A stretch of 64,000 nt of DNA from a virus (Duplodnaviria; Heunggongvirae; Uroviricota; Caudoviricetes), in IMG/VR virus record IMGVR_UViG_3300009169_000014, positions 44,741 through 108,740 of that record; one strand, 5' to 3'. The notes below the pieces were generated by a model. The model was not told where the DNA came from, did no database searches, and saw nothing but the letters and a program-made list of their open reading frames with translations. Positions 27,806 through 37,028 of the stretch are shown piece by piece (position 1 is the first letter of the stretch; each line of letters begins with the position of its first letter). The translations under genes and the position numbers were made by a program.

Positions 27806-30778
27806 ATGCCGAAGCCGCATGCGTGCTGTGCGGGGTGCCCGCGGGAAAACCCCACGAGCACGCACTCGCACGGGTACGCTGTTTCGCCCATTGCCTCTGA
27901 CGCAAACCTCATCATCATCGCAGAGAATCCCGTCTGCGACCGCTACGGAAAATTCTCCACAGCGTTCGACGATGACAGCGGAAAGATCATCAAGAAGGCT
28001 GTCGCGGAGCTGAAGAGACGTGAAGAGTACCGCGGGCTGAAAGTCGCCTACAGCTACGCAGTCCGCTGCACCTGCAACCAAGGGGATAAAGAGCCCCCGA
28101 AAGCAGTGCTGGAGAAGTGCAGGACAATTCTCCAAGAGGAGCTCACCCTCACACGACAGAAGCCCGTCCTCTTGCTCATGGGGATGACTGCGCTCCGTGC
28201 CCTCGATATCAAGGCAGCGAAGCTGAGGGACATGCAGGGGCGTTTGCTCTCCCAGCAGGTTGTGGGCAACATCTTGACCGGGGAGCAGCGCTTCGACACG
28301 GTCATCACCATCTCGACGAAGCAGTTGGTCGCCGTCCCAGGGCTCTACACAACGTTCACAGCCGACCTTCAAAGGGCCGCGGACGCTGCTCGCTCTGGGG
28401 GGCTCTCCACCGTACCTGCGCTCGACGCGCTGACGAAGAACTACCGCCTCCCGACGACAGTCGAAGAGGTCAGGGCGGTCTGCCAAGAGATCCTCAACTA
28501 CGCGGAAGGAAACGTAGCGCCAGAGAACTGGCCCATCTCAGTGGACACGGAGACCAACACCAAGTTTCCGCACAGAGACAAGCTGAAGGTGCTGGCGGTC
28601 TCTTTCGCGTGGGCAGAGGGGAAGGCGACGGCTATCCCGCTGTGGCACCCAGAGGTCCAGTACGACCCGAAGGAGGTCGTGCCGTACATCCTCGAAGTAC
28701 TGAAGAGCAAGAAGCCGAAGTTCTTCCACAACGCCAAGTTCGACCTCAAGGTGTTCATGAAGGTCGGGTGGGAGTTGGTCAACTTCATCTGGGACAGCAT
28801 GACTGGCGAGCATGCGCTCGAGGAAGACAAGAAGGGCCAGTACGGCTTGAAGCCGCTGACCCGGACCAACTTTCCGGACTTCGCTTCGTACGCAGACTCC
28901 CTGCACGAGATCCTCACAAAGGAAGAGGGGGACTCGCAGCTCCACAACCTCCGTAAGGTGCTCAAAGCCACCGTCACGGGCGGTCGGAAGAAGAAGGCGG
29001 GAACAGAGAATGATGGCGGGTTCGAAAAGATTCCGCTGGCCACACTGATGCTCTACGCGGCGGTCGACGCGGACATGACTCGAAGGCTCGTCTACCTCCA
29101 AGAAAAGAGAATCCTCGCGGAACAGAACACCGTGATTGGGACCCAAAACCGAACGGTGCGAGAGCAGGCGCTGGCTGCATCGGGAAAGCAGAAACTGGAA
29201 GAACGGGCGCGGCCCAACACAGAGGAGCTGGATGCGATGATGAAGCATCCCGTTGCTCACCCGATCCCCAAGCTCTGTGACGCTGAGCGGCCTGTTCGGC
29301 GATTGGCGCTGAAGAACATCTTCCCCGTCACTCCTTCCCTCGCGGCCATGGAGTTCAGGGGGATTCGCATCGACCGCCCCTACCTCACGACGCTACAAGC
29401 GGACCTGGGGAAGGTGGTGCAAGAAGCCACGGAACAGCTGTACGCCATGGCGGGCGGGGAGCTCAAGCTCAACAGTCCCGCGGAGATTGCGCGGGTCTTG
29501 TTCGACACGGGGTTCACGCACCCCGACACGCAGGTGCTGACGCGGTACCCGCTAGCGGGCATCTCGAAGACAAAGACGGGGCAGACACAGACTACCGAGA
29601 AGGTCATGCAGTTCCTGGTGGCACGGTACGGATGCCCCTTTGCGTCCAAGAAGCTGATCTACGCCAAAGCGTTCAAGGCGAAGAACACCTTCTGTCAGAA
29701 CGTGGCGGACCTCTCAGAGCTCGATGGGTACCTGCACACCAACTACAACCAGCACGGCACGTCTACGGGGCGGCTCTCATCCAACGATGAGAACATGCAG
29801 AACATCCCGAAGAAGCTGGCGGGCGTGAACATCAAGAAGGTGTTCATCCCAGACGACGACTCGTACCTTTTCGTCAACGCGGACGCAAAAGGCGCAGAGG
29901 TCCGAATCCTCACGGCCTACTGCAAAGACCAAGCGTTGATTGACTCACTGAACGCAGGGCAGGACACGCACTGCTTCATCGCTTCAAAGATCGTGGAGAT
30001 CGTACGCCAGAGTCCGGGCGCTGCTGACGTGCTGGCCAGCATGAACCTGGACGACCAGTACCTTCTGACGTACGACGACTTCGCCAACAGAGGGAAGATC
30101 GAGAACACGAACGCGAAGTACGGAAAGATGCTGGACAAGTTCCGAACGGCGGTGAAGCGCGTTGTGTTCGGGATCTTGTACGGCGCGGGACCTCAGAAAA
30201 TCGCGGAGACAATTGGTATCAGCTTGGGACAGGCCCAACAACTCATCGACATGCTGTTCACACTGTTCCCATCGATCAAAACGTACATGGCCCAGACGAA
30301 ATGGGAGCTGCAGACGTTTGGATTCGTGGAGACGTTCTTCGGACGCCGCCGTCGTTTTAGCGTCATCGGTGCGCCCAAGTACCTCATGGGCAAAGCCGAA
30401 CGACAGACTGTGAACTTCAAGATTCAGAGCACGAGCTCTGACATCGTCATGGGGCGCTTGGTAGCGCTCGAAGGTCCCCTTCGGGACATGGGTGGGCGGC
30501 ACCTGCTGACCGTGCACGACAGCCTCGGTTTTCAGATCCTCAAGAAGTACGCCTCGCAACTGCCGGACTTCATCTATACGCACCTCGAGAAGGGCGCGGC
30601 TGACCAACATCCCTGGCTTCCTGTCGCCTTCAAGTGGGACTACGAAGTCGGCCCGTCATACGGAGAACTCAAGTCACTCGATGCTTACCTAGAAAATATC
30701 GCGATCAAGGAGTACTCAAACGATGCCGCCGAAGCCTACACGGAGGAAGAAGTCCGGACCGCGCTTGCCGAAGTTTAA
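27806..30778 (+). CDS. Family A DNA polymerase (PolA-like) with N-terminal uracil-DNA-glycosylase-like domain
   Basis: An AGGAG RBS lies 5 nt before the ATG at 27806. N-terminus: CAGCPRE…ANLIIIAENPV (UDG family 4-like GEAPG-type motif). Pol motifs: motif A FVNADAKGAEVRILTAYCKD (DYSQIELR-like), motif B RTAVKRVVFGILYGAG (RRxxKxxNFGxxYG), motif C LLTVHDSLGFQ. A 3'-5' exo-like region lies between. Confidence 0.85.
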   Translation: MPKPHACCAGCPRENPTSTHSHGYAVSPIASDANLIIIAENPVCDRYGKFSTAFDDDSGKIIKKAVAELKRREEYRGLKVAYSYAVRCTCNQGDKEPPKAVLEKCRTILQEELTLTRQKPVLLLMGMTALRALDIKAAKLRDMQGRLLSQQVVGNILTGEQRFDTVITISTKQLVAVPGLYTTFTADLQRAADAARSGGLSTVPALDALTKNYRLPTTVEEVRAVCQEILNYAEGNVAPENWPISVDTETNTKFPHRDKLKVLAVSFAWAEGKATAIPLWHPEVQYDPKEVVPYILEVLKSKKPKFFHNAKFDLKVFMKVGWELVNFIWDSMTGEHALEEDKKGQYGLKPLTRTNFPDFASYADSLHEILTKEEGDSQLHNLRKVLKATVTGGRKKKAGTENDGGFEKIPLATLMLYAAVDADMTRRLVYLQEKRILAEQNTVIGTQNRTVREQALAASGKQKLEERARPNTEELDAMMKHPVAHPIPKLCDAERPVRRLALKNIFPVTPSLAAMEFRGIRIDRPYLTTLQADLGKVVQEATEQLYAMAGGELKLNSPAEIARVLFDTGFTHPDTQVLTRYPLAGISKTKTGQTQTTEKVMQFLVARYGCPFASKKLIYAKAFKAKNTFCQNVADLSELDGYLHTNYNQHGTSTGRLSSNDENMQNIPKKLAGVNIKKVFIPDDDSYLFVNADAKGAEVRILTAYCKDQALIDSLNAGQDTHCFIASKIVEIVRQSPGAADVLASMNLDDQYLLTYDDFANRGKIENTNAKYGKMLDKFRTAVKRVVFGILYGAGPQKIAETIGISLGQAQQLIDMLFTLFPSIKTYMAQTKWELQTFGFVETFFGRRRRFSVIGAPKYLMGKAERQTVNFKIQSTSSDIVMGRLVALEGPLRDMGGRHLLTVHDSLGFQILKKYASQLPDFIYTHLEKGAADQHPWLPVAFKWDYEVGPSYGELKSLDAYLENIAIKEYSNDAAEAYTEEEVRTALAEV

Positions 30779-31064
30779 GCCGATTCAGGACGACATCCTC
30801 GACGAATGGAAGGACACCCTCGTAAAGGTGTTCACGGTGACAGGGGGATGCTTGACGGGGCGACTCATCAAGTATGACCACAAGTCACTGATCATTTCAC
30901 CCAAAACCTGTGTGCAGCGGAAGCACATAGTCTCGCTGTACCAGGCCAACAATGCTCCCGACAAACAAGCCGCAGGACCTGCTGTTCGTGGACACCGAAA
31001 CGACGGGGCTCGACCCCACGAAACACGAGCTGCTGGAAGTCGCAGCGATTCGAACGAGTCCTGA
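30723..31064 (+). CDS. Doubtful small ORF overlapping the PolA end and the DnaQ start
   Basis: The first about 75 aa are protein-like (…DDILDEWKDTLVKVFTVTGGCLTGRLIKYDHKSLIISPKT…). The tail is Arg/Gly-rich and overlaps the DnaQ gene in another frame. Confidence 0.2.
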   Translation: MPPKPTRRKKSGPRLPKFKPIQDDILDEWKDTLVKVFTVTGGCLTGRLIKYDHKSLIISPKTCVQRKHIVSLYQANNAPDKQAAGPAVRGHRNDGARPHETRAAGSRSDSNES

Positions 31065-31524
31065 CGGGAAGACCGTCATCAAGACGTACGAAGCAAAGCT
31101 GAAGCCGCTCCACCTCGAGACTGCGGAGCCGAAAGCTCTCCAGGTCAACAACTACAAGCCTGAGGAGTGGACGGACGAGAAGTGCGTGAAGCCTGAGCTC
31201 GTTGTGGATGCGCTTCAGCAGATGGCGGGCAACACGGTGCTGGTCGGACAGAACGTCTCGTTCGACGAGGGCTTCCTCACGCCGCTCTTCACGAGGCTGA
31301 AGATGAAGGCCCCCTGGGGCTACCACAAGGTCGACACGGTGGCGCTGGCCTGGCCGCTGTTCTGCTACACGGGGCTGCCCGGACTGAGCCTCGAGAAGCT
31401 GTGTACGTTCCTCGGAGTCACTGAGATGCCGAAGCACCGAGCGATGGCCGACGCTGAGGCCTGTCGCCAGGTGTACTTGAGTATAATGGGGCGCTGGACA
31501 GCGGTAGTGGCGCCTACGAAGTAA
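30952..31524 (+). CDS. DnaQ-like DEDDh 3'-5' exonuclease
   Basis: Exo I motif LLFVDTETTGLDP at the N-terminus. Exo III-like …HRAMADAEAC… near the C-terminus. Confidence 0.8.
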   Translation: MLPTNKPQDLLFVDTETTGLDPTKHELLEVAAIRTSPDGKTVIKTYEAKLKPLHLETAEPKALQVNNYKPEEWTDEKCVKPELVVDALQQMAGNTVLVGQNVSFDEGFLTPLFTRLKMKAPWGYHKVDTVALAWPLFCYTGLPGLSLEKLCTFLGVTEMPKHRAMADAEACRQVYLSIMGRWTAVVAPTK

Positions 31525-31529
31525 ACGCT

Positions 31530-32320
31530 TCAAAAAGATCTTGCACCGGTACCTATCCGGCGTCTCCGTAGTGGAGACATTTCCCTCCCGGTGGTCTCCT
31601 ACAGCCTAGCTGAACGGAGACCAGGATGTCCTCGAGGGAGACGTCGTCGATGAGCTGAGGGTGGTTTCGTTATGCAGCGCCATCGCCGAGCTCTTCAGAC
31701 ATGTTGGAACTCAGAAGATCTGCTTTACCTTTCCTGCACCGGTACCTATCCGGCGTCTCCGTAGTGGAGACATTAACCCGTCCGGTCGGCGCGCAGCCTA
31801 GCTGCTTTGCCGACACCGAGGGTCATCATGAACGCGGCGCCGTCGTCGAGCTCCTCCTTCATCTCGAACACCCCAGTCCTGGACCAGGCTCATCGATAGA
31901 ACACAGAGGAAAAAACGTTGTGAACTCTTGCTCCGGTACCTACCCGGCGTCTCCGTAGTGGAGACAATGAGGCCGTGGGTGATACGCAGAGCCTAGCTCT
32001 CGCTACACCCAGGATGTTTTCGTACGGCCGTGCTTCGACGAGGTCCTCCTCGAAGATGTTCGCCGCGGCCGCCTCGAGCTGCTGCAGATGATAAAACAAA
32101 GAAGAGTTCTGTAGAACCTGGTGATTCGATCAGGTGCTGTACGCACCGACCGCGTAGTGCGGTCTTTTGCTCCAAAGCTACCCTCGAGATATTTCCCTGG
32201 GGTGTGAGGAAATATCATCACAGGAGTCACCACGTGCCGCAGGTTCGGATCAGAGGTGATCCTCACCTACGCGCTAAGGAGTCACCACCATCGTGCCGCG
32301 GCCTCCGGAGCCTAGCTCCT
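31530..32320. repeat. Non-coding repeat region: three roughly 193-bp-periodic modules, each with a GATCT box, a conserved 38-nt box carrying the hairpin GTCTCC-N5-GGAGAC, and a downstream AGCCTAGCT box. A second repeat family AGGAGTCACCAC…CGTGCCGC occurs 3 times
   Basis: 38-nt boxes at 31542-31579, 31735-31772 and 31931-31966 (tgcaccggtacctaYccggcgtctccgtagtggagaca). GCCTAGCT at 31604, 31795, 31991 and 32310. AGGAGTCAC at about 32222, 32277 and 32357. The region lies between the convergent DnaQ and terminase genes. Confidence 0.6.
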
Positions 32321-32367
32321 GCTTCTAGTCGGCCGCGAGCTGAAGCCAAGCTTCTTAGGAGTCACTA

Positions 32368-33984
32368 TCAGGCGTAAAACTTCAAGTCGTTGAGGACAAG
32401 CTTGTGCGCGAACCAGCCAAATAGCTGCGCGTGCAAGCAGTCATCGGGAAGCTGTGGGCTGTGGCGCCACACCTTTTTGCCGGCGAGGGTGACCTCTTCG
32501 TAGATGTTGAGGATGTCCTTGATAGGCTCCCGCATCTCTTCACGCGGGGGATAGATGACAGCGCCCCGCTTGAGGTACATGAGAAAGTTGTCGATGAGCG
32601 TAGTGCGGTCGGCGAGGTACCGGTCAAGTCCGTTGTGCTTGATCGGTTGCCCCAGCGCACCGTACTGAACCATGTGCACGCGGTGATGCCCGAGACGCTC
32701 ACGCAGTGTTGCGTTGGGCAGGGCGCCTTCACCAGCGTCACCGATGACCATGGCCACAGAGTACTGCTGGCAAATCTTGGCGATGTCCTCGACGTCCGTG
32801 ACGGCGTTGTTGCCAGGGTAGATGCGGTAGTACAGCGTCCGCAGCTTCTGCTGCCCCGGGACAAAGCCCCAGATCCACAGCACGGTGCGGCTCACCCCAG
32901 AGGTCCCCCCGCCTGACCAGTCGACGCCAGCGACGGTGAGGCTGCAGCCGTTCATGTTCGTATTGGGAGTGGGGGAGATGGACGGACCAACACAGAGGGC
33001 CTCAAGCTCCTCCAAGGAGATGAGACGACGACCGATGGCGTCAGAGACACCCAGCACCTCGTTGCGGAACTTCGCAGACGAGAACATGTCGTGGTCGCGA
33101 AGGATGTCGTTCCAACGGTCCTGGGCGTCCTTCACGGCGTTAGGCTTCTCCGGAGTGTTTTTTACGCACGACGGAATGTTCAATGGCATGATCAGCTGAG
33201 GAATGTGGAACCCCTTCACGGAATGCCGTCCCGTGTCCGGGTCCACCTTCTTCATGTCGATCCACTGCCCCGTTCGGGGGTTCAACACGTGCCCGCAGTT
33301 GAGGCAGATGGGGCCGTGCTTACCCAGGGACTTCTCTGAGACGACGAAATTGTACTTGCTGCAGCCCTCGCACTTCATCACCCACTCGCTCTGAGACGAC
33401 TTGTCCCAGAGGTACTGGATGCTGGCTTCCATCGTCTTCGGCGTGCCTGCGTAGGTCTCAAACCGGTAGTTCGAGTTCTTCATGCAGGCGTTGATGACAG
33501 GGACCACCGAGTCGTACAGCATGTCCTGAAACTCATCGTAGCTGACGCGGTCAGCGGAAAAGCCTCGAGCGCGGTCGGCGTCGTCACAGGCGTAGGTGAA
33601 CGCGTTCTCAGAGCCGTTGGTGTACGACCGGTGGAGCACGCGGTCCGCGTGTTCCGGGGACTGGAAGTACTTCTTCACGATGGGGGAGTAGGAGAGCGTT
33701 TTCCCGACGCGCGTATTAGAGAAGATCAGCGTCTGTTCTTTGGACGGAGAGACGTAGTACTCACGGAAGAACGGGATGGCCACCGACTCCGCGATGATGA
33801 AGTTCGCTAAGGAGGTGCTCTTTGCCACCTGCCGCCCACACATCAGGAGGGTGGACTTGTAGCGCCCGTTGTAGATCTGTCGGTACATCGGATAGTCGTT
33901 CAAACTGAACGGCGCGCCGTCCAACCAAAGCAACCGCTCAGCGACATCCGACAGACGTTTCGTAGCAATGTTCAGGTCCATCAA
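32368..33984 (-). CDS. Terminase large subunit
   Basis: N-terminal ATPase with Walker A (MCGRQVAKSTSLANF). C-terminal nuclease-like region (…VMKCEGCSKYNFV…, …MVIGDAGEGA…). The size of 538 aa is typical. Confidence 0.85.
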   Translation of the reverse strand: MMDLNIATKRLSDVAERLLWLDGAPFSLNDYPMYRQIYNGRYKSTLLMCGRQVAKSTSLANFIIAESVAIPFFREYYVSPSKEQTLIFSNTRVGKTLSYSPIVKKYFQSPEHADRVLHRSYTNGSENAFTYACDDADRARGFSADRVSYDEFQDMLYDSVVPVINACMKNSNYRFETYAGTPKTMEASIQYLWDKSSQSEWVMKCEGCSKYNFVVSEKSLGKHGPICLNCGHVLNPRTGQWIDMKKVDPDTGRHSVKGFHIPQLIMPLNIPSCVKNTPEKPNAVKDAQDRWNDILRDHDMFSSAKFRNEVLGVSDAIGRRLISLEELEALCVGPSISPTPNTNMNGCSLTVAGVDWSGGGTSGVSRTVLWIWGFVPGQQKLRTLYYRIYPGNNAVTDVEDIAKICQQYSVAMVIGDAGEGALPNATLRERLGHHRVHMVQYGALGQPIKHNGLDRYLADRTTLIDNFLMYLKRGAVIYPPREEMREPIKDILNIYEEVTLAGKKVWRHSPQLPDDCLHAQLFGWFAHKLVLNDLKFYA

Positions 33985-34010
33985 CCACCAACACCAGTCG
34001 AGGGGAAGTT

Positions 34011-35285
34011 ATGAGCAACGCGGCACAGGACAAAGTCGTACAGGGAGAAGCGTACTGGGATCGCTACTCGATTCCCAGGATGACGCTCCACGAGGCGATG
34101 TGGCAAATCGACCTCAGCCTCGAGCAGGAGCAGACCCGTGGCGTCTGGTGCCTCATCTCCGAAGCCGGAGAGGGGAAGTCCCAGGGGATTCACCAGCTGG
34201 CCCGGAAGCACGGAAGGCGTGTCGTCGACATTCGCACGTCGCAGTTCTCCATGATTGGCGCCGGTGTTCCGCAGCGCGCTGATGAGACGGGGCACTTCAA
34301 AATCGCCATTCCGAATGACTACCCGAAGCCGGGGGAGAAGTGTGTACTCATCTTCGATGAAATCAACCAGGGCCAGCAGCATGCGATTGCGCTCTTCTTC
34401 AAGTTTCTCGAGGACCGCGGGATCTACGACTACACCCTACCCGATGACTGCGTGATTGTCGCGCTGATGAATCCGTCGACGGCGGGATACAACGTCACGA
34501 AGATCGAGACCAACTCCGCGTTCAACCGCCGCCTGATGAAGGCATACGTGTACAACACGTTCTCCGACTGGAAGAAGCACGCGCAAACCAACGATTTCCA
34601 CTTCACGGACGGACTCGAGAAGCCGTGCCACCCGATGGTGCTGCGGCTGCTCACGGCGACTCCGGCGATGCTGTACACCGCCAAGGACCGCGACGGGAAC
34701 AAGCAGTTCGCCTGCCCTGCTACCTGGCAGACGGTGTCGCTGTCGCTCTACAACCTCGAGGCGGCCAAGGTCGACCTCACCAGCGAGAAGGCGGAGAACC
34801 GAATCGCGGCGTCCATCAACACGGTGAACGCCAGGACCCTCGCCGAGTTCATCAAGAACAACGAGATCCTCATCGGGCCGGAGGAGGTGCTCTTCAAGTA
34901 CAAGGAGAAGAGCAAGCTCCGTGAGCGCGTGCTGGCCCTCCAGAAGGAAGCAGGGGGCACCTACACCCAGCTGGTGCAGGACGTCGCCCAGCACATCTTC
35001 CGGGAGCGCCCGGATGCTGAGCTCATCGCACCTCAGCTCGTGCGGTTCTGGCATGACATGCCGGTGGAGCAGGCGCAGCCGTTCTACCAGATGCTTGACG
35101 CAGCGTGTCAGGCGCACGGAGGGATTGGGGAGCCGAAGAACCTGGCCTACATGCAGGCATTGACGATTGCAAATCGTCAATATCCGCAGTGGAAGGAGAT
35201 CAACGACCGCATCAACCGCATCCACGACGAGATGGAGAAGAAGGTCCACGGACGGGGTCAGACCAAGGATCCGATGGAGGCTTAG
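34011..35285 (+). CDS. MoxR-like AAA+ ATPase
   Basis: Walker A-like ISEAGEGKSQGIHQLARK, Walker B VLIFDEINQGQQ, and sensor region. It starts 27 bp from the divergent terminase start. A vWA partner lies downstream at 38065. Confidence 0.7.
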   Translation: MSNAAQDKVVQGEAYWDRYSIPRMTLHEAMWQIDLSLEQEQTRGVWCLISEAGEGKSQGIHQLARKHGRRVVDIRTSQFSMIGAGVPQRADETGHFKIAIPNDYPKPGEKCVLIFDEINQGQQHAIALFFKFLEDRGIYDYTLPDDCVIVALMNPSTAGYNVTKIETNSAFNRRLMKAYVYNTFSDWKKHAQTNDFHFTDGLEKPCHPMVLRLLTATPAMLYTAKDRDGNKQFACPATWQTVSLSLYNLEAAKVDLTSEKAENRIAASINTVNARTLAEFIKNNEILIGPEEVLFKYKEKSKLRERVLALQKEAGGTYTQLVQDVAQHIFRERPDAELIAPQLVRFWHDMPVEQAQPFYQMLDAACQAHGGIGEPKNLAYMQALTIANRQYPQWKEINDRINRIHDEMEKKVHGRGQTKDPMEA

Positions 35286-36007
35286 AGCTGCTCAAGCTCT
35301 CCACGCAGACGCTTCGTCTTCTCAGAGACGTACACCCAAGACGCAGCCAGCTTCTCCAACTGTGCCCCCAAGGGGGAGTCGTCGAACTTCTTCTGTTCGA
35401 GCTTCTCCTTGGGGAGCGCGGTCCATGCCTTCTCGGTCTCCCCGAGAAGGAGGGCTGCGCTCTTCGGCAGTCTTGCTTTTAGCTCGTCCGCAACGACGTG
35501 AAGGCCCGCGGGCGGGTAGACGAACCCTTCGTCGAAGAGGGCGACAGCGATGTACGCCTGCACGCAGTCATCGAACTCCGGCCTCGTACTCTCGCCGTCC
35601 GAGAGTGCGAACAGGAGCTCAGCCTCAAACGCGGCCCAAGCCATCGGTCCGGCGTCGCAGTGCGGCACCTCTTCGGGCTGCACGTGGCCGTTGCTCAGCG
35701 CGTGGACGGTGGCGCCGAAGACGCGGTAGTCCCAGTAGAAGCTCGGGGTCATCGCCAGAGCAATGGCCGCCATCAGCTTGTCGCGGTTCGAAGCGCAAGG
35801 GTCCAGCTCCAGCCACAAGGTCTCGGGTTCGTATGAAACGAAGGTCGGGCCCAGCAGGTGGCGGGCTGCCACGAAAACTGCAGTGGCGGTGGCGTCGCAA
35901 TCCTGCAGCACTGCCTTGGCGTGATCCTTCTGAGCGTGAGTGGGCGAGCGGAAAAACGCCGCATAGGCCTCCTTCACGACGAGACGCTGTTGATCGGAGA
36001 GGGTCAC
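35282..36007 (-). CDS. Hypothetical protein (241 aa)
   Basis: Minus-strand ORF. The stop of the MoxR gene overlaps its stop, giving convergent ends. Confidence 0.45.
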   Translation of the reverse strand: MTLSDQQRLVVKEAYAAFFRSPTHAQKDHAKAVLQDCDATATAVFVAARHLLGPTFVSYEPETLWLELDPCASNRDKLMAAIALAMTPSFYWDYRVFGATVHALSNGHVQPEEVPHCDAGPMAWAAFEAELLFALSDGESTRPEFDDCVQAYIAVALFDEGFVYPPAGLHVVADELKARLPKSAALLLGETEKAWTALPKEKLEQKKFDDSPLGAQLEKLAASWVYVSEKTKRLRGELEQL

Positions 36008-36618
36008 AAAGAGCCTGCGGCACGGAGGTGACGAACAGCGCGAAGACGCTTCTCATGCTGGTCCAGCGACGGCTCTCCCCCTGGAGCGATGGGGGCGATG
36101 GGCTCAGGTTTCGGACCCACAAGGTCTTTGAGGCGATCCCCGGTGAGGAGGGACTCTGGCTTGTTCGGACGCTTGAGGCCCTGGTCGTACTTCGCTTGGA
36201 CGTCTCGAGGAAGAATCGTGAACTTGTCTAGACCCCAACCCGGCGAAGGTCCAAGTACGTCGTTCACCCTCTTTTGCGCGGTGAGACGCTTGTCACGGCT
36301 GCGCTCGTTGACGTCCTTCCACGCCCCAGTAGGCATGAGAGGTTTGCTCAGTGTGGCGACTGAGAGCGGCAGCGTGAACAGATTCACCCCTAAGTTGAAC
36401 AGGCGCTCAAGGCCGTGCATCTCCTTCAGCTTGGGCGGAAGCGCCTCAGCCCTGGCCCCTTGGCGAGCAGAGAATTCCTGCGCGCTCTGCGCAGCAGCAC
36501 CGGGACCGAGACGCGTCATCCTGGAGGCAAGACCGCCTTGAAGTTTCTTGTTGATCCAGTCATAAGAGACGGCGAACTTCTCGAAGGCGTCTCGCTGTCC
36601 TAGCCCGTAGAAGTTCAT
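36004..36618 (-). CDS. Hypothetical protein (204 aa), MNFYxLGxRD-family paralogue A
   Basis: N-terminus MNFYGLGQRDAFEKFAVSYDWINKKLQ. Start/stop overlap with its neighbours. Confidence 0.5.
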   Translation of the reverse strand: MNFYGLGQRDAFEKFAVSYDWINKKLQGGLASRMTRLGPGAAAQSAQEFSARQGARAEALPPKLKEMHGLERLFNLGVNLFTLPLSVATLSKPLMPTGAWKDVNERSRDKRLTAQKRVNDVLGPSPGWGLDKFTILPRDVQAKYDQGLKRPNKPESLLTGDRLKDLVGPKPEPIAPIAPGGEPSLDQHEKRLRAVRHLRAAGSL

Positions 36619-37010
36619 CGCGCTTTGGTATTGATGAGAGAAGGAAACTCTTTGGCTACGTTCACAGCGGCACTGGTAGCCGCGGAGCGGTTCGCAGTCA
36701 TACGCTGTAGGTTCTGCAGCCGCTCGACGTCCGGGGGCTGTTGTCTCACCGCCGCCATGGTGCGCCGCAAGAGACGCATAGACGCGGGGGGCTGTCGATC
36801 AACAAAGGTTGTCACCCTTTTAGCGTTGTTCATTCCCTCTACGCCGTGTTCAAGCCCGCCTTCCAGGCCGCCACCCCCTCGGTAGGGCGCTACTGCGATG
36901 GCCTGCTGAAGGAGATTTCGAGTGGCGTCGGTCGTATGACTCTTGATCCACTCAGGGCTAACGGCGAACTTCTCCAGAACATCCCGGGTACCCAACGCGT
37001 AGAAGTTCAT
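36615..37010 (-). CDS. Hypothetical protein (131 aa), MNFYxLGxRD-family paralogue B
   Basis: N-terminus MNFYALGTRDVLEKFAVSPEWIKSH. Tandem with paralogue A. Confidence 0.5.
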   Translation of the reverse strand: MNFYALGTRDVLEKFAVSPEWIKSHTTDATRNLLQQAIAVAPYRGGGGLEGGLEHGVEGMNNAKRVTTFVDRQPPASMRLLRRTMAAVRQQPPDVERLQNLQRMTANRSAATSAAVNVAKEFPSLINTKAR

Positions 37011-37028
37011 TACTTATTCTCCAATAAG

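Noticed and set aside
31530-32005. CRISPR array interpretation of the three 38-nt repeats
   Set aside because: Only three copies, about 155-bp spacers (far longer than CRISPR spacers), additional conserved flanking boxes, and no cas genes. This is better explained as a promoter, origin or small-RNA module.
35167-36231. Plus-strand 354-aa Arg-rich ORF
   Set aside because: Extreme Arg/Pro/Ser composition (RRRGRQRCTPARSHRTPASYSRRPRVRTG). It is antisense to three well-formed minus-strand genes.
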